A DNA stretch of 26,425 bases. It comes from a virus (Duplodnaviria; Caudoviricetes). The translations under genes and the position numbers were made by a program. The notes under the pieces are model-generated. The model made no database searches. It was not told the origin of the DNA and saw nothing but the letters and a program-made list of their open reading frames with translations. This document shows, piece after piece, positions 7,060 through 14,374 of the stretch. Numbering within the stretch: position 1 is the first letter of the stretch; each line of letters opens with the position of its first letter. The DNA is taken from the IMG/VR virus record IMGVR_UViG_3300009155_000217, positions 1-26,425 of that record; one strand, 5' to 3'.

Positions 7060-7956
7060 CTAAAACGGGATAGCATCCTGTCTTAGTTTATTTGTGTGTC
7101 CTACCCGCCCATTCGGGTACCCACACTGACATAGTTCAGCAACGTTCTCGCAATCAAAGCAGGAGCCACACCATACACATGTGCCCATACTTTCCCATAG
7201 GTCAGACTCTGATACCCATTCACTGCAGTGGGAACATTGTTGTACCTCTAAATCATTAGGTACTTTTTCTTGCTTGACTGTGTCTTTAGCTAACTTGTTG
7301 TATCCAGCCCATGCATACTCATCATCATCATAGTCATTGTACCAACCACCGTACCGACCAGTAGTAGACTTAGCATAACTTGTATAGCCTAGGTTGCATG
7401 TATCGTTAGACCACCATACACCTGACTCATCTTCTTTACCTGAGTCAGCATTAAGTAAATACATAGGGTGCTTAGCAGCAGGGTCAACGGTGATAACACA
7501 TACCTTTGAGCCAGATGTATATTCTTCTAGCATATCCCAAATGAAGTCATCATCTAATGCGGTGACTCCACCTAGTCTAGGCAATAACTCCTCAGCAAAT
7601 ACTTTGGTATCACTGCGGTCGTCTTTGTCTGGTATGCCAATGGATAAGATACCGTTGTGTCCGAGATAGGTACGGTCATCATGACCTACTGCAAACGGAT
7701 GGCAATTCTCTAGCGTACGAGAACCATGAGTAGCAAACCTAGCATGCCACATAGCATAGCCATCTTGATAGATAGCACGCTGTGCTAAAAACCTATTGAT
7801 AGATTCATCTGCGTCCATGCTTTTCTCTATTATGATTCTGTTCTCACTAGGTACGGCAATAGCAAAGCCAAAGCCGTGTGGATTATTCAATGCAGAGTTC
7901 TCCAACTTATCTCTAGATGGAGTAACTCCTGGTGGTGATACGCATAACATACACAT
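7060..7956 (-). CDS. Class II (Ntn) glutamine amidotransferase with Cys-rich C-terminal tail
   Basis: N-terminal Met-Cys, NPHGFG, HARFATHG, NCHPF, HNG and SDT motifs. Confidence 0.9.
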   Translation of the reverse strand: MCMLCVSPPGVTPSRDKLENSALNNPHGFGFAIAVPSENRIIIEKSMDADESINRFLAQRAIYQDGYAMWHARFATHGSRTLENCHPFAVGHDDRTYLGHNGILSIGIPDKDDRSDTKVFAEELLPRLGGVTALDDDFIWDMLEEYTSGSKVCVITVDPAAKHPMYLLNADSGKEDESGVWWSNDTCNLGYTSYAKSTTGRYGGWYNDYDDDEYAWAGYNKLAKDTVKQEKVPNDLEVQQCSHCSEWVSESDLWESMGTCVWCGSCFDCENVAELCQCGYPNGRVGHTNKLRQDAIPF

Positions 7957-7958
7957 AA

Positions 7959-9281
7959 TTAATCTTCCCTACTTTCATTAGGTGAATCAGTATTGAACGA
8001 ACGATTGATTGTCTCAAAGAGACTAGGATACTTATCAGTATTGGAACTGATATAGCTTACATACTTTACCCAAGAGAATGGTTTATCTTTTGGAATTATC
8101 TTAAGCTCACGAGTGTACTCAACTACTGAGTGTACAAACTCTAAGCCAGATAATATTCTAGGTATATGTAATGAGCCCTTGAATACACGAACTTCTAATG
8201 TATTGTCTGGCTCTACGTTGACGGCAGCATACCTACCGTTAGATTGATTTTTGTATTTAACTTTTGGGATAATCTTACCTGCGTCAGAGAAGCTAGCAAA
8301 GTTAGAACTACGACCAGCAATCCTCTGTACTTGGCGTTCATTATCATAGATTAATTTGATGAACCTAATCTGGTGGTCATCATCATCAAATGCAGTACGA
8401 CTTACATGTACGTGCAAACCACAAGTACTAGTGTTCCAAGACCTGAACCTTAACTTCTTAAGCTCAGTTAACATAGCCCAAGGAAAACTCTTTTGATATT
8501 CCTCAAGCGTGTGTGGGTGAGTAACAATCTCAAAGCCATTGACTAAAGAGCCATCACCTTTAAGATAACCACGGTGTTTACGATTACGTATTGGATTCAG
8601 AGTATTATGTGCTAGTTCAGCACCTATTGCATAGTTGTCATTAGTATCTTCTACCTCTAACTCAAAGCCAAGGTAGTACTTGCCTTCACCCCAAAATCTA
8701 GGGTCAGGTTTATAACTCCAGCTATGCACATACTCGCTGTAGTTTCTAGTGCGACTATCACAACTATGACCGTCCTCTTCACCAAAGCAATCACCACAAT
8801 CATCACACTCTATTTCACTGTTGTAACAATCACGGCACCTGCTATCGTCATGTACTTCAGACCAGTATAAATCGTCTGCGTCACCAAACATTTGATTACA
8901 TTCATCACATGATACATAATCTGGATTTGTTTCTTGCCATAGTTCTGTACATCCAGGACAATATACTCTGCCATGAATGTATTCCATTTTTACTTTGGGT
9001 GTACCACTTGCGTGCCAACCACCCCAACGACTACCCAAGAAATAGCGATTACATTCATCGCATTGTGTGCCACATCTTTTGTGACCATAAATTATTTCAA
9101 GTAAGTTATTCTCATCAGATATTCTCTTGGATATTTCTACCTTTGAGTATCTATAATTCCAGACGGCATCGTTAACGCCACCTGTTATCTCTGGCTGTAC
9201 ATATATGTCATGACATACACCACACAAATCTTGTATGGTTTCAGTAACAACATCACTTGATGTCTCTACTACATCAGGCAT
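7959..9281 (-). CDS. Putative amidoligase (carboxylate-amine ligase fold) with N-terminal CxxC repeats
   Basis: GFELEVE, DGSL..GFEIVTHP, CGLHVHVS, RYAAVN and TLEVRVFKGS motifs; six CxxC pairs in the N-terminal 175 aa or so. Confidence 0.85.
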   Translation of the reverse strand: MPDVVETSSDVVTETIQDLCGVCHDIYVQPEITGGVNDAVWNYRYSKVEISKRISDENNLLEIIYGHKRCGTQCDECNRYFLGSRWGGWHASGTPKVKMEYIHGRVYCPGCTELWQETNPDYVSCDECNQMFGDADDLYWSEVHDDSRCRDCYNSEIECDDCGDCFGEEDGHSCDSRTRNYSEYVHSWSYKPDPRFWGEGKYYLGFELEVEDTNDNYAIGAELAHNTLNPIRNRKHRGYLKGDGSLVNGFEIVTHPHTLEEYQKSFPWAMLTELKKLRFRSWNTSTCGLHVHVSRTAFDDDDHQIRFIKLIYDNERQVQRIAGRSSNFASFSDAGKIIPKVKYKNQSNGRYAAVNVEPDNTLEVRVFKGSLHIPRILSGLEFVHSVVEYTRELKIIPKDKPFSWVKYVSYISSNTDKYPSLFETINRSFNTDSPNESRED

Positions 9282-9296
9282 TGCATTCCCTTTCTG

Positions 9297-9743
9297 TTAG
9301 TACCAACCGTGTTTACGGTGGTGTGCCCAAGCGATAGACGGACGCTTATATCTGTGTTCAATATAAGCCAGTCCCCGCTCAATCTGCAGCGGGGCTGGCG
9401 CTTTAGGGTCCAGTCCTAGTATCTGTGGTATACCACCCGCATGCTTACCTGTACTTGCATCTGCATTCTTATTGAAAGCTTCATGTCTCCAATGAGATTC
9501 AGCAGTCCACAATTTATTAAGAGCTATGAACTCAGAGGAGTTCCAGTTGTACATTATGTTCATGTACGCACGAGCATAAGTCTTAGCAAGACGTGGTGTC
9601 CAGTAAGAGTTAGGTACCTCTCTGCATTCCGGTCTACTACCTACTGCTATTGCATAAGCAGATGATGGATATCCAATCAATCCACTTAGTATTAACCACA
9701 ATGAGCTGACGATAGACACATTACGTTTAAGTAATTGTTTCAT
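9297..9743 (-). CDS. Secreted lytic transglycosylase (SLT-like)
   Basis: Signal peptide ending SSAYA; LWTAESHW (catalytic Glu), GGIPQ, QIERGLAYIEHRY and AW.H....GWY. Confidence 0.88.
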   Translation of the reverse strand: MKQLLKRNVSIVSSLWLILSGLIGYPSSAYAIAVGSRPECREVPNSYWTPRLAKTYARAYMNIMYNWNSSEFIALNKLWTAESHWRHEAFNKNADASTGKHAGGIPQILGLDPKAPAPLQIERGLAYIEHRYKRPSIAWAHHRKHGWY

Positions 9744-9874
9744 TCATCCTCCCACATACGGTCAGGTAATCCGGAATCATCATCATCACATACGCATTCC
9801 TTCTGGTCACAACCATCGCATGGTTTAGTATCCAATGCGAAGTCATCACCTTGCAGATACATAGGTTCACTCAT
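9740..9874 (-). CDS. 44-aa acidic microprotein (not in ORF track)
   Basis: MSEPMYLQGDDFALDTKPCDGCDQKECVCDDDDSGLPDRMWEDE*; TAATG and ATGA overlaps. Confidence 0.75.
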   Translation of the reverse strand: MSEPMYLQGDDFALDTKPCDGCDQKECVCDDDDSGLPDRMWEDE

Positions 9875-10023
9875 TAGTTATGCACCCCGTAAGACCAGCA
9901 GATAGTTTGTATTGCTTTGTTTAGGTCACTGATGAATTTAGTCTTTGCTTCATCAGTCATACCAATGACATCATTAGTACGGATAGTAACTTGCCATGCT
10001 ATGTCAGTGACTACATCATTCAT
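9874..10023 (-). CDS. 49-aa hypothetical early protein
   Basis: MNDVVTDIAWQVTIRT...CWSYGVHN*. Start reassigned to 10023 because another ORF occupies 10016-10189. Confidence 0.65.
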   Translation of the reverse strand: MNDVVTDIAWQVTIRTNDVIGMTDEAKTKFISDLNKAIQTICWSYGVHN

Positions 10024-10189
10024 AGTATTCATCTCCAATCCATTGGGCTTCATACTTTTCTTCTTGGTCCATTGGTGCAAGCCATGCGTTATGTAGCCTG
10101 GCCTGTTCGACTGCGTCTGTTTCATTTAGTGCAGTTACATCCTGCTCTTGTTCATAGGTAGTAATTTTCCATACTTTATACTTGGGCAT
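10016..10189 (-). CDS. 57-aa hypothetical early protein (not in ORF track)
   Basis: MPKYKVWKITTYEQEQDVTALNETDAVEQARLHNAWLAPMDQEEKYEAQWIGDEYYE*; TAATG overlap upstream. Confidence 0.75.
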   Translation of the reverse strand: MPKYKVWKITTYEQEQDVTALNETDAVEQARLHNAWLAPMDQEEKYEAQWIGDEYYE

Positions 10190-10350
10190 TAGACTCTACC
10201 TTCCTCGACCAGTCCATCAAGTATGTCTCCTGCTATTTCAAGGGAAGTCTTTTGCTCCCTGTTGATATAACTACTAGGACTGGCGCCCAATGTGTAGCAC
10301 ACCTTTACTATGTCTTTGATTTCCTGTTCACTATAACCCATCAGACTCAT
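10189..10350 (-). CDS. 53-aa hypothetical early protein (not in ORF track)
   Basis: MSLMGYSEQEIKDIVKVCYTLGASPSSYINREQKTSLEIAGDILDGLVEEGRV*; GAGGAGG RBS. Confidence 0.75.
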   Translation of the reverse strand: MSLMGYSEQEIKDIVKVCYTLGASPSSYINREQKTSLEIAGDILDGLVEEGRV

Positions 10351-10639
10351 TTGATTCCTCCTCTTGGTATTGTTTGATTAGATGGTTGAGTGCGTCCTCC
10401 CAATCTACCTCTTTTTCTATTGCAAATGAGGCAGAATTATCTGTTGTATTTACTGGCTTGATATACTCAAGCGTAGCAAAGGTAGCGTGGTTGTTCATTG
10501 TCTCTATCATAAAATCCAGTATCTCATAGAGAGACTGCTCGCCTGCCCACTGCATACGTATCTCATCATATTTTTTAAACTCAGGCATTGCGCTTACATT
10601 TATATTAGTTTTGAATACCACCGGTACATAGATTTCCAT
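10331..10639 (-). CDS. Hypothetical early protein
   Basis: 102-aa ORF with AAGGAG RBS. Confidence 0.75.
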   Translation of the reverse strand: MEIYVPVVFKTNINVSAMPEFKKYDEIRMQWAGEQSLYEILDFMIETMNNHATFATLEYIKPVNTTDNSASFAIEKEVDWEDALNHLIKQYQEEESNESDGL

Positions 10640-10651
10640 ATTACTTTCTCC

Positions 10652-10813
10652 TTATTTTGTTTGTGGTGTATTGTATTGTCTATAGCCAAGCAGTCTTTCT
10701 ACTTGGGTATCCCAACATGAATCACATTGATACACGTTAGTAGCAGGGGTGTAATGAATCCATTCATCAGAGTTATGTTCAATGCAGAATGGGTCAACAT
10801 TTATTACTGCCAT
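10652..10813 (-). CDS. 53-aa C-x2-H/C-x2-C microprotein (not in ORF track)
   Basis: MAVINVDPFCIEHNSDEWIHYTPATNVYQCDSCWDTQVERLLGYRQYNTPQTK*; AGGAGAGG RBS. Confidence 0.7.
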   Translation of the reverse strand: MAVINVDPFCIEHNSDEWIHYTPATNVYQCDSCWDTQVERLLGYRQYNTPQTK

Positions 10814-10815
10814 TG

Positions 10816-10950
10816 TTATCCTCTCCTTAAGATTCTGATTGAATAAGTTAGTCCGACTGTGCCTACTGCCAGCCAGGTTGGTACTTGTATAGCTAGACCT
10901 ATGCTATCTGCATATAGTTCTAACCACTCTATTCCGACTGCGATTTCCAT
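10816..10950 (-). CDS. 44-aa single-pass membrane microprotein (not in ORF track)
   Basis: MEIAVGIEWLELYADSIGLAIQVPTWLAVGTVGLTYSIRILRRG*; GAAAGGA RBS; hydrophobic stretch followed by a basic tail. Confidence 0.7.
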   Translation of the reverse strand: MEIAVGIEWLELYADSIGLAIQVPTWLAVGTVGLTYSIRILRRG

Positions 10951-11009
10951 ATGTTTCCTTTCATAGTTGATGGACTTCCTGTGTCCCGCCATAATACGGC
11001 GGGCTTAAC

Positions 11010-11052
11010 AAAAAAAGAAGGTGAGTGACTGACCGAAGCCAGCCACCCACCT
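11010..11052 (-). terminator. Strong intrinsic terminator after the SSB-like gene
   Basis: Minus strand AGGTGGGTGGCTGGC-TTCG-GTCAGTCACTCACCT: a 15-bp stem with three G-U pairs and a cUUCGg loop, followed by TCTTTTTTT. Confidence 0.92.
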
Positions 11053-11061
11053 GATTTGGGA

Positions 11062-11385
11062 TTAGTTTATTGCTAGTTCCATTACTTCGATTTGAGTCCA
11101 AGGTTTGCGACGGTCCTCATTAGCGACATCTTTACGTCTATCGAAGTTAGTTACTAGTCTGCCTGTAAGTTTTACATTCTCTATAACTCCGCTTTCATTT
11201 GGAGTTAAGCCGTCTGCTAAACCTAAGCGACTCTGGGTAAATACGATTGGGAAAGTAAATACACAACCTGTTTTCCCGCTATCAAGAATAGCGTATTGAG
11301 AGAATGAAGCGGTTTTGATTTTCCAGTTTCCGTTCTCTTTAGTTTGGATATTCTTGATTTGTCCTGTTAGTGATACTGTGTTCAT
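11062..11385 (-). CDS. Single-stranded DNA-binding (OB-fold)-like protein
   Basis: MNTVSLTGQI...VKLTGRLVTN...TQIEV resembles the SSB strand pattern; GGAG RBS before ATG 11385. Confidence 0.6.
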   Translation of the reverse strand: MNTVSLTGQIKNIQTKENGNWKIKTASFSQYAILDSGKTGCVFTFPIVFTQSRLGLADGLTPNESGVIENVKLTGRLVTNFDRRKDVANEDRRKPWTQIEVMELAIN

Positions 11386-11425
11386 TTGGTGCTCCATTTC
11401 TTAGTTAGTTGGATTTTTCTGGGGG

Positions 11426-11455
11426 TTGCCCCCTGTCACTTGTTACTGGGGGCAA
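11426..11455. promoter_or_regulatory. Intergenic hairpin between the first two early genes
   Basis: TTGCCCCC(11426-11433) pairs with GGGGGCAA(11448-11455), with an imperfect inner stem and a T-run at 11459-11463 on +. Confidence 0.55.
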
Positions 11456-11461
11456 GCCTTT

Positions 11462-11860
11462 TTACGATACGTATTCGTCGCAGTTAACGCACTTGGTTTG
11501 CGCTAGCGTGGTTAGATGACACCAGTTGCAGACAACTTGATTGTCTGGAATTTCAGTGTCATCATCGAAGGATATAGATTCTGCACGAGCATGAATCTCG
11601 CCTTCGTAGTATTCCTTGCGAACTATAGGTTCCCCGTCTTTGTCGATACCGACTTTAACGATGGAACTTATCCAGTCATGGCCACTGGTTTCTGTTGTAT
11701 ATATCCATTGGAACTTATATTGTAGATTGCCTTCATCTACTAGTTCGTGGGCTTTGTCTGCAAGCCTAGCGTCTGCAAGGTCTTGGCAGTTATCACACAA
11801 TGCGTCCATTTGTAAGCAGTCGTAGCATTGGTTTGTGATGTTTATTCCGTTACTTGTCAT
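11462..11860 (-). CDS. First early gene, Cys-rich hypothetical protein
   Basis: CYDC...CDNC at the N-terminus and CNWC...CVNC at the C-terminus; GAAGGG RBS. Confidence 0.75.
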   Translation of the reverse strand: MTSNGINITNQCYDCLQMDALCDNCQDLADARLADKAHELVDEGNLQYKFQWIYTTETSGHDWISSIVKVGIDKDGEPIVRKEYYEGEIHARAESISFDDDTEIPDNQVVCNWCHLTTLAQTKCVNCDEYVS

Positions 11861-11870
11861 TTTACCCTTC

Positions 11871-12480
11871 TGACTCTCAACCTTTGAAAGTCACCTAAAC
11901 TCAGACACCCTAAGTCATTCGAGCTTGCTCGAACTAGAGCCTGCTTGCAGGCTTGACGACGGGTGTATAATGAAGACACCAACTCAGCAGAGCCAGCGTC
12001 CAGCAGTAGGCAGTAAGGCGGTAGAAGCCCTGATGCTTTTGTATTTAAATATGGTGCGGTTAGCATAGGATTTTTGTTTAAGTCCTGAAGCACACGGAGC
12101 GCCTGGTTAAGGCGTGGAGTGAGCAGTCCTGCAGACGCCTGACTGTATAGCAGTATAGAGCGTCAGTCTAAAAGCTGGAGGGTCGTATGACCCGGAGGCT
12201 TTTAAGTATACCCCCGTAAGTAGTTATGTATCTCTCCCTAAAATTATTTGTGGTTATAGTGACCTGTGCTAAATCAGTACAAAATAGGACATAACGACCT
12301 ACTTAGCATAGGTAATAAAAATAGTTGAGAATAAAACGTCCGTTTTACCTGTTTGGACGGATTAGTACTGTATGTAGCAGTAAGTTATTCGCCAGGCTTT
12401 TATATAGCCTGGCTCATACAGTTACAGTACAGGTGACTGACAGACAGTGTAGGACGGCGAAAGACTATCTAAAGGACACC
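11871..12480. promoter_or_regulatory. Divergent control region, dense in inverted repeats (promoters; possible origin, genome end or ncRNA)
   Basis: Gene orientation switches here; about ten hairpins are visible; TATAAT at 11966-11971 (+); AT-rich tract at about 12200-12340. Confidence 0.6.
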
Positions 12481-14367
12481 ATGACATTCAAGGCGGGCGA
12501 TGAGCATTTTAAAGTTAAGGCTCTAGCCGAGGCAAAAGCTAAAGTTATAGAGTTAGTGAGCCAAGGAGCTACTACCCACCAAGCTATGAATCTAGCTGGC
12601 AAGAAACCAGATACGGTTCGGCAATGGATGCTTAGGGATGCTGACTTTGCAAAGGAGTTGGCCAAGGCTAAGGAACTAGGTGAGACTCTTACTCTAGCCA
12701 ACCTAGGTTATGATAAACAGGATTTACCCTTTGCTGAATTTTCAAAAAATTTTTTAGACCAGACGGTCTTCCCACATCATCAAGACTGGGTCGACCTGTT
12801 AGAGGGACGGGAACCTTCCTGGCTTCACCCTAGCATGATATATGACAAGGCTGATAAGTCTAGGATTCTTATTAACGTGCCACCGGAGCACGCTAAGAGC
12901 ACGGTTATTACCGTGAACTACTCAACATACCGTATCGCTCTCGACCCTAATGTTAGAATCATCGTCGTTTCTAAGACACTGATAAAGGCACGAGAATACG
13001 TGTACGCAATCAAGCAACGTCTCTCACATCCAAGATGGCTTAAGATGCAAAACGCATTTGGTCCTCAAGGTGGGTGGAAAGAAGACGCAGATACTTGGCG
13101 AACCGATACAGTGTATCTCGGGAGCGATGCTCGTAACTCAAGTGAGAAAGACCCTACCATTCAAGCATTAGGTATGGGTGGGCAGATTTATGGAGCCCGT
13201 GCAGATTTAATTATTCTTGACGACGTGATAACCACAGCTAACGCCCATGAATGGGAAAAACAACTTAACTGGCTGCAAAAAGAAGTTATCACTCGTCTCG
13301 GCAAAAACGGCAAGCTATTAATAGTGGGGACTAGAATTGCGCCAAGTGACCTATATAAGGAACTTCGTAGTCCTGAGCATTGGTCTGGTGGTAGGTCTCC
13401 CTTTACTTATATGGGTATGCCTGCTGTACTTGAGTACGACGTTGACCCAAAAAATTGGGTTACGCTTTGGAAAGAGTCAGATGTCCCATGGGATGGCGAT
13501 ACAGACACACCACAAGAGAACGGCTTCTTCCCCAAGTGGGATGGGCAAACATTATTTAAACGTCGTTCCGAGGTTACACCTACTACGTGGGCTCTTGTCT
13601 ATCAACAAGAAGACGTACAAGAAAACTCTATCTTCCCACCAGCTTTGGTACAGGGAAGCATACTCGGGACTAGAAGAGTCGGACCTTTAAAGCCAGGGGC
13701 ATCAGGTCATCCTAAGAACGTTGAGGGCTACACCATTATTGGTATGGACCCAGCTATTGCCGGACATGCAGCTTTGGTTGCAATAACTTTTAATAGAGCT
13801 GATGGTCGTATCTACGTACTAGATTGCATGAACATGGCAGAGCCTAGTTATCAGAAGATACGTGATGCTATAGAAGCTATGACTATCAAATATAAACCCC
13901 AAGAAATACGAATTGAAATTAACGCATTTCAGAAAGCATTTGAATTAGATGACAGCTTACGGCAATGGCTTGCTGGATACGGCGTACGGCTTAGTTCTCA
14001 CCATACAGGAAAGAACAAATGGGATTCGAACTTTGGAGTCGCCTCCATGTCAAGCTTATTCGGAACTACTCAAGACGGTAAGTTTCAAAACAACAACATC
14101 CTCGAACTCCCATCTAGTGATGGCTCAGAAGGAATCAAAGCTTTAGTACAGCAATTGATTACCTGGAAGCCAGACACTAGAGGTAAGACCGACTGTGTTA
14201 TGGCTTTATGGTTTGCAATCATTAGAGCAAGAGAATTGATTCAAAGCGGAACAAGGGTAACACCTTATTTAGATAACAGATGGGCCACTAGAGCTCAGAT
14301 GGAAAAAAGAAACTCAATCAACTTAGACGATGCTTTTAGTGAGCAATGGTCTGAAGTCTATGGTTAG
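12481..14367 (+). CDS. terL: Terminase large subunit with N-terminal HTH-like extension
   Basis: VPPEHAKS Walker A variant, GARADLIILDD Walker B, VGTR coupling motif, GMDPA nuclease motif and TDCVMALWF; AAAGGA RBS before ATG 12481. Confidence 0.92.
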   Translation: MTFKAGDEHFKVKALAEAKAKVIELVSQGATTHQAMNLAGKKPDTVRQWMLRDADFAKELAKAKELGETLTLANLGYDKQDLPFAEFSKNFLDQTVFPHHQDWVDLLEGREPSWLHPSMIYDKADKSRILINVPPEHAKSTVITVNYSTYRIALDPNVRIIVVSKTLIKAREYVYAIKQRLSHPRWLKMQNAFGPQGGWKEDADTWRTDTVYLGSDARNSSEKDPTIQALGMGGQIYGARADLIILDDVITTANAHEWEKQLNWLQKEVITRLGKNGKLLIVGTRIAPSDLYKELRSPEHWSGGRSPFTYMGMPAVLEYDVDPKNWVTLWKESDVPWDGDTDTPQENGFFPKWDGQTLFKRRSEVTPTTWALVYQQEDVQENSIFPPALVQGSILGTRRVGPLKPGASGHPKNVEGYTIIGMDPAIAGHAALVAITFNRADGRIYVLDCMNMAEPSYQKIRDAIEAMTIKYKPQEIRIEINAFQKAFELDDSLRQWLAGYGVRLSSHHTGKNKWDSNFGVASMSSLFGTTQDGKFQNNNILELPSSDGSEGIKALVQQLITWKPDTRGKTDCVMALWFAIIRARELIQSGTRVTPYLDNRWATRAQMEKRNSINLDDAFSEQWSEVYG

Positions 14368-14374
14368 GATTTAA

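Noticed and set aside
11857-12093. 78-aa minus-strand ORF in the divergent region
   Set aside because: It runs through the palindromic structures with atypical composition and only a weak SD-like GGAG overlapping its start. Probably spurious, though not excluded given its 4-nt overlap with the next gene.
12028-12470. Hammerhead ribozyme cores (CTGATG at about 12030; CTGACAGA...CGAAA at about 12437-12462)
   Set aside because: Neither matches CUGANGA with a properly paired stem II and cleavage triplet.
12325-12480. TTG-initiated 52-aa N-terminal extension of terminase
   Set aside because: No SD, it crosses inverted repeats, and ATG 12481 has an AAAGGA SD.
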